A stretch of DNA of 64,000 bases, taken from assembly GCA_963736115.1 (NCBI GenBank), contig CAVTNR010000001.1:65479-129478 (forward strand). Reading direction: 5' to 3'. The position numbers and the translations under genes are program-made. The stretch is from an uncultured bacterium. Its GTDB lineage: Bacteria > Zhuqueibacterota > QNDG01 > DTFT01. This document shows positions 21,057-29,843 of this stretch, piece after piece; positions within the stretch are counted from its first letter, which is position 1; each line of letters begins with the position of its first letter. The notes under the pieces were generated by a model, which did not search any database, was not told where the DNA came from, and saw only the letters and a list, made by a program, of their open reading frames with translations.

Positions 21057-21872
21057 GATTTTGCTCCTTGACTGGTGTGTGCGGCGCTGTCCTTGTGCGA
21101 ACGGTTTTTATCACGGTCCGAAACCGGACGGGTCTTCCCGATAATGACCCGGCAGGGCCTAACCAGAACCTGGCCCGCCCTGTACCCGGATTGTTCGACC
21201 CGGATCACCTTTCCCTCATCACCTTCGCCGTACCCGAGGCATTCCATGGTCAGAGGATCGAAATCAGCCCCGGGCTGAACCTCGAAAGGGGTATAACGGA
21301 GGGCCTGGGTGATGCCGGTGAGAAGATCGAGTATGGAGTCCGTATTTTTCAGGAACTCCTTCTCGTTTTCGCTGCCTGAGTAATGACGTTTCATCGACTT
21401 CAGGGATTCCATGGCCGGGATCAGCGCGTTGAAAGTCGAACGTCCGATGAATTCCTTGCGGTCTGAAACGCAGGTTCTCCTTGAACCGTTCCAGCTCCAT
21501 GCCGACCGAACGGGAGAGGGACTCCTGGGCGGCCTGAAGCGACGAAACGGTTGCGATGACCTGCGTTATTTTACCTTCCAGATTGGAAACCATCCGGTAG
21601 AGGCCGACCATGTCTTCGGCCAGTTCTCCCAGGGTTTGGAGCAGGTCATCATTCTTACCGTCGCGGATTCCCGCCCCCTTGAAAAAATCGACCGTGAGGG
21701 TCTGTTTGGACAGATCCAGATCGATCGGTTCCTCACTCCCTGCGGCGCCCACCGGGTTCTGCCCGACGGCGGTTTTCGATTCCTTCCTGGGGGAGGTCCC
21801 GCTGGCCGATCCGCCGGATGGTTCGTTGTGCGGAATGTCCGGCTGATCCGCACTGGGCTTTGTTTTGTTCAT
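21053..21872 (-). CDS. GrpE-like nucleotide exchange factor; frameshift at ~21470
   Basis: The coiled-coil N-part (ORF 21264-21872) joins the GrpE C-terminal motif PGADFDPLTMECL...VIRVEQSGY...LVRPCRVII (ORF 21053-21412). ATGA overlaps at both ends. Confidence 0.8.
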
Positions 21873-22489
21873 GGTTCCTCCTCGTCGATCCGCTTGTTGT
21901 ATTCAAAATCCGTGTTGAAAATCCTCCGGGTCAGGTCGCTGGGATGAAAGCAGTGGAGATTTTTGATTTCTTCGAAAAAACGGGAGAGTTCCTTGCGGAT
22001 ATAGATCAGCTTTGTCCGGTAACCGCTCAACACGTCCGCCCGGAAATCCTCGAAGCGGAGCAGGATGCAGGGAGGGTTAGACAGGTCGTACTTTCGTCGA
22101 TCCTCTCCTTTCTCCAGCAAGATCAGGTTGATCTCGTTCACTTCTTTGTCGATGCGCAGGATGTCGGATTCGATTTTTTTGAAATCGGGATCGGCCTTAA
22201 GGGCTTCCTTCTCCAGATCGAAGATTTCCCCGTTCAGTTTTTTCAGGGCCGCGGGATCGGATTTTTCGGAGTTTTTCTTCATGGTGTCCAGCCGGCTTCT
22301 GGCGGATGGAAGACCGGGGACGGCCTCGAAGATCTTGGCCTGCCGCGTGACAAGCGCCTGTCTTTGAGCATTCAGAGACTGCAAAAATTCTCCCTTGGCG
22401 TCCATGATTTCATTTGCGGTCGCGTCCGGGGTTAGTCCCAGTTTGGCGTAGGAAGTGTTTCGGCTGAGGATCACGGGGTAATTGAACAT
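21869..22489 (-). CDS. J-domain-like protein lacking HPD, with coiled-coil insertion
   Basis: YAKLGLTPDATANEI resembles J helices I-II and EVNEINLILL...DRRKYD resembles helices III-IV. CAGGGAGA lies upstream. First gene of the operon. Confidence 0.68.
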   Translation of the reverse strand: MFNYPVILSRNTSYAKLGLTPDATANEIMDAKGEFLQSLNAQRQALVTRQAKIFEAVPGLPSARSRLDTMKKNSEKSDPAALKKLNGEIFDLEKEALKADPDFKKIESDILRIDKEVNEINLILLEKGEDRRKYDLSNPPCILLRFEDFRADVLSGYRTKLIYIRKELSRFFEEIKNLHCFHPSDLTRRIFNTDFEYNKRIDEEEP

Positions 22490-23048
22490 AAGACACCTGA
22501 TCTCCCTGTGAATGGACGACTTGTCGTTGTTTTCGATGATGGGGTTCGATAAGGAGATGGAAAGGAGGCGTTATCTGTCGGCCATCCCATAGGCATGAAT
22601 AAAAAAAGGAATGGCCCACCGCTGACTCGGAATTTGCAGCGTTGGAAATCCTCACTCCCTCCCCAGAATAATGGTTTTCGAAAAAACGAAAAGAAGAGCC
22701 CGACAAATCTCTATAAATAAATAATAATAAAACGATGAGTATACAGGTATAGGAATAATGTTTGCAAAATATTGATTATTTGTTTGAAAATCAAGAAGAA
22801 TGTCCGGCATTTCGACATTAAAAGGCATAATATCCAGAATATATAATCATATAGAGTTTGAAAGCGAGCGGGATTCCGCTGTCGCCAAAATGTAAACAAT
22901 TATAATTAAACAGATTACGAAACAACAGAAAGATATTCCTCATTCTGTGTCCGCAGGGGTGGTTCTGGCATTTTTCCAAATTACTATCAATAGTAACGAC
23001 ATCTGAAGAAGAGGAAATAATCCAGGCGTTTGAAATCAGCCCACGGTT

Positions 23049-24182
23049 TTATTTCAATTCCACGATCTCCCGCACCACCGCCTCGGCCGCTTTCTCCAGG
23101 GGCCCGGCGGCCGTTCTTACGGACGGGTCCTGCGCCAGGGTTTCCCCGACTTTTTCCAGCCTGCTGAAATTCCCGAAAATGATTTTGTAAAGGGGTACCT
23201 TCGACCCGTAATTTCCCCAGTCCACCTCGGTCTTCATGAACCGGCTGAACGAACCGGAAAGACGGATGAACAGGCTTAAAGCCTTCTTGGGCAGTTCGTT
23301 CAGTACGACACCGTCCAGATCCCTCACTTTCGACAGAAATTCGCGGATGGCCGGTTGCGGATAGACCTCCTCGAAGAACCGGATGAAACGGGCGCTCGTC
23401 ACGCCGCGGAGCTCGCACAAATTTCCGCTCAGGCATAGATAGAGAAGTTCGATGGCCTGGTGGAAAACCGGAAGATCAAGGTGTTTCGCCGTCAGAATTC
23501 CGGGGCGCTGGTCGTCGTGCCAGGCGGCTTGAAAGACGGTTTTGCCGACGTCGAGCACGAAATCGTCCACTTCCCGTTCCGTGGCGGCGGTCCCGGATTC
23601 GGCGAGCAGTTCTCCCGCGCCTTCCCGGAACCGGGAGAGGCGGAGAAAATACTGCTCGTGGCCGGCGGACATCAGCCGGATGAACCGGTCGTCGATCATG
23701 GGATAGCCCGGACTGACGTAGAGATCCTCGACGATCAGGCTGTATTCCGCCCAGAAATCCTCATGGACCCGGCACAGGTAGTAGACGGGCATATCGTGCG
23801 GAGTCAGTCGGATGTCCAGGTAGACCCGGTAATTGCATGCGTCCCGGATGCACGACTGCAGACCTTCCTGATTCGTGAGGCGGACGGAATGATCGCCGTA
23901 AGGCGACCGGATTGTGACTTCGCGCGTGAGGGTCTCCGAGATGTCGGACAGGATCCGGCTGGATCCTCCCGCGTTTTCGAGGGTGAGACGATGGGCGTCG
24001 TAAGTCCGGATGGCCTCGAGAAGCGGGGCCAGGATCGATCGGGGGTCCATGTCCCAGGTCGAATGACCCGGCACGTACCCGTAACGGCTGTGCGAGGTCG
24101 ATCCTTCCTCGAAATCTCCGTCCCGCGTCCGGTCGGAGCCGGTAGCAACGGCGCCTTCGGTGTCCCAGTATTCATCGGTCAT
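23049..24182 (-). CDS. Hypothetical protein (377 aa), last gene of the AAA/vWA operon
   Basis: Overlaps the vWA gene end, has a GGGGAG RBS and protein-like composition. No family recognised. Confidence 0.8.
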   Translation of the reverse strand: MTDEYWDTEGAVATGSDRTRDGDFEEGSTSHSRYGYVPGHSTWDMDPRSILAPLLEAIRTYDAHRLTLENAGGSSRILSDISETLTREVTIRSPYGDHSVRLTNQEGLQSCIRDACNYRVYLDIRLTPHDMPVYYLCRVHEDFWAEYSLIVEDLYVSPGYPMIDDRFIRLMSAGHEQYFLRLSRFREGAGELLAESGTAATEREVDDFVLDVGKTVFQAAWHDDQRPGILTAKHLDLPVFHQAIELLYLCLSGNLCELRGVTSARFIRFFEEVYPQPAIREFLSKVRDLDGVVLNELPKKALSLFIRLSGSFSRFMKTEVDWGNYGSKVPLYKIIFGNFSRLEKVGETLAQDPSVRTAAGPLEKAAEAVVREIVELK

Positions 24183-26322
24183 GTTTCGACTCCCCGTTTT
24201 TCGTTACCGAACGGTTGCGTTCCCGGATGCAGGAGGCCACGTATCGGCCGATTTTCCGCGCCACCGCGGCCGCGTCGTTGAGCTCGTCGGGAAGCACGGG
24301 AATAATTTTATCCACTTGTTTTTCCAGCCCGGTTTCCCGATCGATCCCAAGCGCGACCATGGTGGTGTGCAGTTTCCCGTTTGATTCCGCGTTCAAGGAC
24401 TCGAATACGGCCTGCACTTCCACTATCCCGGACTTGGAATTCTGGAAGGACCGGTTCCATTGGCAGTCGGTGATTAAAATCAGGTACATCATGCGTCCGC
24501 GGGCGAGGGCTTTGGCCTCGCGCATGATGAAGGCAATGGAGACAGCGTCTGACTGAACGCCGGTTCCGGTATCCGGGAGTCCGGGCAGCGCCCGGAGCGC
24601 GTCCTGCTTGTACAGCACGGGCGTTTTCTTCGGATGGTAAATCCACTGAACCAGGGGGCCCGTCATGCCCGGCCGGACCTCTCCGCTGTGGTACAGGCCG
24701 GCAAGAAGCTGAATTTCGCTCCGGGACGTGGATTTCAGCCAGGCCGCGGTCAGGAGTTTCAGCATGTGCATCTGACGGCTGTTCAGCGATCCCGATCCGT
24801 CACAGGCGATGGCCAGCACCGGCCGGCCGCGACGGTCCGCCCTTTCCCGCATGCGGTACCGTTTAAACACGGCCGCCGAAAAATCCGCCAGGGACAGCCG
24901 TGCGGTGTCCAGTGCCCCGGATGTGCGCAAACGGTCCGTTTCGGGAAGCTTCTGCACGTTCGGATAGAGGCTTCGGCGCAGAGCTTCAGTGACGGGGAGG
25001 GCTTCCTCCAGCAGCTTTTGACAGGCGGACATGTCCTCTGAAAGCGGCACCGGTCGGTCGAATATCTCGGCAGTGGTGGTCTTGCCGTCAGCCAGGGGCA
25101 CTTCGATCTGGCGTCCGTCGGACGGGCTGCCCTCCATCAGGCCGCCGTCGAAGATTTTAAAATGAAGCATCCGCTCGACCAGATCGGACCTGATGTCCTC
25201 CCAGGACCGTTGACGGATTCCGGCAGCGCGCAGGGTCATGATGAATTTGACGAGCGCGGTTTCCTCCTGGTCGGTCCGTCCCAGGGGATCCTCCTTGGTC
25301 CCGGACAGGAGGTTGTTGACCATTACCATGGTCAACCGTTCGACGATACTGTCCGGATCGATCAGCAGGGGCGGTGTGAGCCGTTCCAGCGGATGGAGTT
25401 CCGATTCCCCGGAAGGCTCGCCGGCTTCCACGTCAAATACTTCGTCTAGTACGTCGAGGGCCTCAGGGTGTCCGGGTTTAGCCGAGTTGAGGAACTGAGA
25501 CCGTTCCGGATTTATTTTCCGGGGAGCCTTTACCATCGGCGCGAGCGCCTTGACCAGGTCGCGGCCCCACTGGTTCCCCAGTTCCAGGAGGAATCCCGGT
25601 TCCGTCCGGTTCAGTGCCTCGATATAGGGGCGAGACGTCAAGACGGTCTTTTCCAGCATCATAGCCGTGACAGGATGCAGTTCCAGCCGCCTGAAATCGG
25701 GCAGAAGCTCCCCGTAGAGCACGCCGTTGAAAACCACGTCGATCACGGTGCGGAACCGGAGATCCTGCTGAGACGCCATGAAGAGACGGTAGATCTCGAG
25801 CGCGGAGAAGGCGGGATCGGACGACAGTTCCTGGAGCAGGATCCGGATGCGAATGGCCTTCTCGATGATTTTCACCAGAAGGAGCCGGTTTTGACCATCC
25901 GTCTCGGTGCCTTCCGTCACCGTCTCATCTTCGAGCATGAGAATCAGGGAAATCACCTTTTCGCTGAAAACAGCTTCATATTCCAAATATCCGGTCAGTC
26001 CGATGGCGGCGTACGCCGCCGCGACCGCCGGGTACTGCGTGTACAGGCAGCTGAGCTGGGGTTTCACGCAAAAGGGCGATTCGGGATCGGGATTCCGCCC
26101 GGCGAGCCTGTGAACCGCCGTCTGGATCTGGGTCATCCGGCGGTAGAAGAGGTTCTGGGCCGGGAGCCTCTCCGAGAGATCCATGTTTGGACGGAACGCA
26201 TCCCCCAGGGTAATTCCCGCCCAGTCCGATTTCGACTTGCGCTTCCGGTAATAGGAGGAATACCATCCGCGGGTCGAGTGATCATCGTCCCGGTTTGAAG
26301 CGTTTTTCCCGGCTGTTGTCAT
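24172..26322 (-). CDS. vWA-domain protein (CobT/NorD-like MoxR partner)
   Basis: C-terminal vWA with MIDAS LAIACDGSGSL and LILITDCQ, preceded by SGALDTARL. Directly follows a MoxR-like AAA gene. Confidence 0.85.
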   Translation of the reverse strand: MTTAGKNASNRDDDHSTRGWYSSYYRKRKSKSDWAGITLGDAFRPNMDLSERLPAQNLFYRRMTQIQTAVHRLAGRNPDPESPFCVKPQLSCLYTQYPAVAAAYAAIGLTGYLEYEAVFSEKVISLILMLEDETVTEGTETDGQNRLLLVKIIEKAIRIRILLQELSSDPAFSALEIYRLFMASQQDLRFRTVIDVVFNGVLYGELLPDFRRLELHPVTAMMLEKTVLTSRPYIEALNRTEPGFLLELGNQWGRDLVKALAPMVKAPRKINPERSQFLNSAKPGHPEALDVLDEVFDVEAGEPSGESELHPLERLTPPLLIDPDSIVERLTMVMVNNLLSGTKEDPLGRTDQEETALVKFIMTLRAAGIRQRSWEDIRSDLVERMLHFKIFDGGLMEGSPSDGRQIEVPLADGKTTTAEIFDRPVPLSEDMSACQKLLEEALPVTEALRRSLYPNVQKLPETDRLRTSGALDTARLSLADFSAAVFKRYRMRERADRRGRPVLAIACDGSGSLNSRQMHMLKLLTAAWLKSTSRSEIQLLAGLYHSGEVRPGMTGPLVQWIYHPKKTPVLYKQDALRALPGLPDTGTGVQSDAVSIAFIMREAKALARGRMMYLILITDCQWNRSFQNSKSGIVEVQAVFESLNAESNGKLHTTMVALGIDRETGLEKQVDKIIPVLPDELNDAAAVARKIGRYVASCIRERNRSVTKNGESKHDR

Positions 26323-26337
26323 GGCGTATCATCCCAC

Positions 26338-27351
26338 TTAAAAAAGGTTGCCCTGTATGGTCGTGGTTTCGTCTTCCTCCATCTTCAGACCGAAGACCTG
26401 GTTGAAAACGCTGTGGTTCAGCTTCCGGTCCTCCAGGCTGGCATTGCCCATCAGGGTGGTCTGGGTGATCTGCTGAAGGCTCAGGTGGGGCATGGCGCCG
26501 GCCATCCGCAGAAATGCCAGGTACCCGTAAATGGAAGGCGGCGGAACGGATTGAAGCCTCCCCTCGACACGGTGTTTTCGGATTTCCTGGCCCATCGCGA
26601 CCACCTTGACGATCAGGTCCCTTTTTAACTCCGACGCATGGGTCTCGCGGACCAGATGCTGGAGGACCAGAATCTCGAGATCGGCCGGAAGGTAGTCGAG
26701 CGTGATGTTCATCGAGAACCGACGTTTCAAGGCGTCATCGAGAGTGACCAGAGTGTGGGTCGATTCGTTTTCCGCCTGGTAATTGCTGTCGGAGATCCAT
26801 GTGATGAATTCACCGCGGATGGTGTTGCCGTCGGGGAGCAGAATATGCCCCCGGGTCATCAGGTCGAGAAGGCCCCCCTGCACGCTCGAAGAATGAACCC
26901 GTCCCATCTCCCTCAGCCAGACCAGTGGGTAATTTGCGTCTGTGGACGCCTCCGCGTCCTTCAGGGATTCGACCAGTTTGCTCGGCTCGTCGTACGTGGT
27001 GCCCCCCTTGAGCGAACGCCGCTGGTACAATTCACCGGGCGTTTCGTAGACGGCCATTTCGACGGGATACACCTTCAGGAGTTTGACGGGAAGCCCGAGC
27101 CGGTTGCAGACATGGCTGAAGTTTTCCGGCACCCGGTACAGCGCCTCGATCAGGGACGTTTTGGCACTGCCGGTCGGTCCGCTCAGATGGATGAATTCAT
27201 GCGAGGCAATGCCGTACACGAGCGATTCCAGGATCCATTTCAGGATGAAAAGGGGATTGCCGCCGGGCGCGGGAAGCAATTCGATCAAATCCTCCGCGCC
27301 GGCCTTCCGGTACGCTTTTTCCGCAGCGATGTGAAATACCTGTTTCGACAT
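26338..27351 (-). CDS. MoxR/CbbQ-like AAA+ protein with degenerate Walker motifs
   Basis: Walker A variant LSGPTGSAKT; the Walker B position reads VWLREMGR. Also SDSNY and LDDALKRRF (Arg finger). AAGGAGG RBS. Confidence 0.85.
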   Translation of the reverse strand: MSKQVFHIAAEKAYRKAGAEDLIELLPAPGGNPLFILKWILESLVYGIASHEFIHLSGPTGSAKTSLIEALYRVPENFSHVCNRLGLPVKLLKVYPVEMAVYETPGELYQRRSLKGGTTYDEPSKLVESLKDAEASTDANYPLVWLREMGRVHSSSVQGGLLDLMTRGHILLPDGNTIRGEFITWISDSNYQAENESTHTLVTLDDALKRRFSMNITLDYLPADLEILVLQHLVRETHASELKRDLIVKVVAMGQEIRKHRVEGRLQSVPPPSIYGYLAFLRMAGAMPHLSLQQITQTTLMGNASLEDRKLNHSVFNQVFGLKMEEDETTTIQGNLF

Positions 27352-27368
27352 GGCGTCCTCCTTATTGT

Positions 27369-29636
27369 TCAGGCCGGCCGAAGGGTCAGCCGTTCGTCCG
27401 AATCCGCATCAACGATCCAGACGGCTGAAGATCCGGCCCGGTTTTTTCTCAGGAATTCCATGAAAGCCTCCGCGGCCAGCGACCGCGCCTCCTCGATGAT
27501 CGCGCGGGCCCCGAATGCGAGGACGTGTGTGTCCATCCGTCCAATCACCCGCGATCCGACCGAAGGTTCCACCCGGACTTCGTCTACGTTCATCCGCATC
27601 CGTGACGCGGCCGCCCAAATCGAAGCGCGTATGGCGCGTTCGACGATCAGAGCCAGGGCGGGTCCGTCCAGCGGCCGGAACAGGATGGGTGTCCCGATCC
27701 GGGATAGAAAAGCGCCGGAGAAAAGATCCCGGATTTCGGAAAGGACCGTGTTCCGGATCTCCCGGTCGGAGGTCTGATCCTGAAATCCGATGCGTTTCCG
27801 CACTCCCTCGTCCCTTCCATTGGGCAGATTGATGGTGAACGCGAAGACCAGGTTGGCGCATGAGAACATCGTGCCCGAGGCGCTCTGGCCTTCGCCGGTC
27901 TCCAGGATCTGCAGGAAGATATCCGCAATGGCGGAGCGGACTTGGGGTGGCGCATGATCCAGGTCGCTCACCTCGACGAGGGCTCCGGCGTGATGTTTGG
28001 CGGCTTGTTCCAGTCGTCCGCTCTGGTAGGAGCCCACGATACCGCGTCCCGAGCCGAGAAGCTGGGCCGAGGCTGTGTAGAAATCGGGTATACTCGCAGC
28101 ATCGATGTTGATGTAGGGAATGCCCAGTTCCCGCGCCACCAGGACGGCGCTCTGGGATTTTCCTGTGGCCGGCGTGCCCTGGGCGCAGTAGCGGATGGGC
28201 TGGTGATCCGGCCGGGTCAGGCATTCCATTCGTAACCTCGCCACCAGCTGGTCGATGGCGTCGTCCTGGGCCAGGATTTCGGTCTTCACGACATCCGCCA
28301 GGTCAGACCGGGTCAGCACGGCGTTCAGACGTTCCTGGACATGCTCCAGTCGTCCGCCGCGGGGGCGGTTGGGCAGACCTGAAAAAGTCTCGGACAGTTC
28401 ATGTATATCCGTGGCGAAATCCCTGGCAGGTCGCGGAGGCGAGCCTCCGGCCTGAAGGATGTTCCATTCCCGCTGGACCAGCGCTGTCAGCACCCGGACC
28501 CGGCCCGAGGCCGGAAGGTCCGAGAGGGCCGACCGAATCCGGTCGAACAATCCGGATTTCAGCGCCGCCGGCACGCCGCCCGATTTCCAGCCGACCTGAT
28601 CGATTGAAAACCGGATCATCGAATCCTCCGGGATGTCCGGGGCGTGGCGGATAACCGGCAACAGGGGATCACTCGTACCGCCCTGCCCGCCGTGGAACAC
28701 CGATTGGAGTTGCGGATAGTTGCCCGTGAAAATGACCTGTTTCCCGGAGCCGGCCAAAAGTTGAAGCATGGTCTGCACTTCGTTGGCCATCTCGTAGGGA
28801 TTGATTCCGAAATTCAGGCATGCCGCGGGTACGGCCACAATGCCGGGAGCCTTGCCGGCCAGATCCACAAGTGTTTTTCCGTTCAGGGACGGCACCATCA
28901 GGCGTCCCACCGTTCCGCCGGCCGAGGAGAGATGCCGGGCCAGGTGGGCCAGAAGGTAATCCCCGGCGACCGGGTGCTGTATCGCGACGGCGATGGAGAG
29001 GGATCCGCTCATGAAATCGATCACCTGCCCGCACCAGGCGTCGAGAACCGGGGCGAAGGCGTCATCCGATTCCTTTCCCGGAAGGATGCATTCCAATATT
29101 TCGGAAATGTTCTTGTACCGTTCCAGCAGATCCGAGTCCGCAAGATCCTCGGGCAATTCGTCCTGAAGCGCAATGGCGGCGGATTCAAGATTCTTCAGCT
29201 CCGAGAGGAATACCCCGGAGCGTGTGGGCGTCATCGGGATCGCCTGAACCCGCATTTCGACCCACAGCGATGACTGACCGGAATCCGTCGTCTGGGCGGG
29301 AGGAATGAGGCGGACTTTATCGCCGAAACGGGACAGATGGGCGAACAGATTTTCGGCGGAGATCCGGACCGAGCGGGGCGCTTTCAGAAGTTCGAATTGT
29401 ATTCCGAGGACCCCGTCTTCGACAAGCCGGCAGGTGATGGCGCTGAGACCCTTCCGTCGGTTTTTTTCGCCCGGTCCGGTCCGGAAGGATTTTCCATCCG
29501 GCGCGACCGCCATTTCGATCGGAACAGCCTGACGGATCAGGCCGATGATCTGGTGAATGACGATGGCCGGATCCGGGCCGTCCGGGGTTTTGGAATTCCA
29601 GCTTGAGACGGTCGGCTGTTTGAATCCGGATGTCAT
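27369..29636 (-). CDS. ClpA/ClpB-like AAA+ protein (D2-like domain recognisable)
   Basis: Motifs EILAQDDAI, GTPATGKS, LLGSGRGIVGS, FLQILETG, FLSRIG..ILFRPLD and FGARAI follow the ClpB D2 layout. ATG at 29636 after AGGAGA. Confidence 0.85.
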   Translation of the reverse strand: MTSGFKQPTVSSWNSKTPDGPDPAIVIHQIIGLIRQAVPIEMAVAPDGKSFRTGPGEKNRRKGLSAITCRLVEDGVLGIQFELLKAPRSVRISAENLFAHLSRFGDKVRLIPPAQTTDSGQSSLWVEMRVQAIPMTPTRSGVFLSELKNLESAAIALQDELPEDLADSDLLERYKNISEILECILPGKESDDAFAPVLDAWCGQVIDFMSGSLSIAVAIQHPVAGDYLLAHLARHLSSAGGTVGRLMVPSLNGKTLVDLAGKAPGIVAVPAACLNFGINPYEMANEVQTMLQLLAGSGKQVIFTGNYPQLQSVFHGGQGGTSDPLLPVIRHAPDIPEDSMIRFSIDQVGWKSGGVPAALKSGLFDRIRSALSDLPASGRVRVLTALVQREWNILQAGGSPPRPARDFATDIHELSETFSGLPNRPRGGRLEHVQERLNAVLTRSDLADVVKTEILAQDDAIDQLVARLRMECLTRPDHQPIRYCAQGTPATGKSQSAVLVARELGIPYINIDAASIPDFYTASAQLLGSGRGIVGSYQSGRLEQAAKHHAGALVEVSDLDHAPPQVRSAIADIFLQILETGEGQSASGTMFSCANLVFAFTINLPNGRDEGVRKRIGFQDQTSDREIRNTVLSEIRDLFSGAFLSRIGTPILFRPLDGPALALIVERAIRASIWAAASRMRMNVDEVRVEPSVGSRVIGRMDTHVLAFGARAIIEEARSLAAEAFMEFLRKNRAGSSAVWIVDADSDERLTLRPA

Positions 29637-29681
29637 ACGTTCTCCTGTTCTGGGTGATCCAGCCACCCGATCCGGATAAGG

Positions 29682-29696
29682 ACAAAAAAAAGGCCA
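29682..29696 (-). promoter_or_regulatory. Possible sigma54 (-24/-12) promoter for the AAA/vWA operon
   Basis: Minus strand TGGCCTTTTTTTTGT = GG-N10-GT (canonical is GC), 46 nt upstream of the ATG and beside a divergent sigma54 activator gene. Confidence 0.3.
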
Positions 29697-29843
29697 GTTT
29701 TATAATGACCTGACCGGGTTGCAGTTAGGCGACGCATGGGGTTGAGTTTTCCCGGTTGATTTATATGGGACAATGCACTAAATTGTAAATAATACCGCGT
29801 GCAGATCAACTGCCGGACCCAAACACCACCCCGCGGGAGGATC

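Noticed and set aside
19014-22489. Labelling these genes as housekeeping dnaK/grpE/dnaJ
   Set aside because: Divergent Hsp70 linker and tail, no HPD or zinc finger in the J-like protein, no hrcA, and an accessory gene context.
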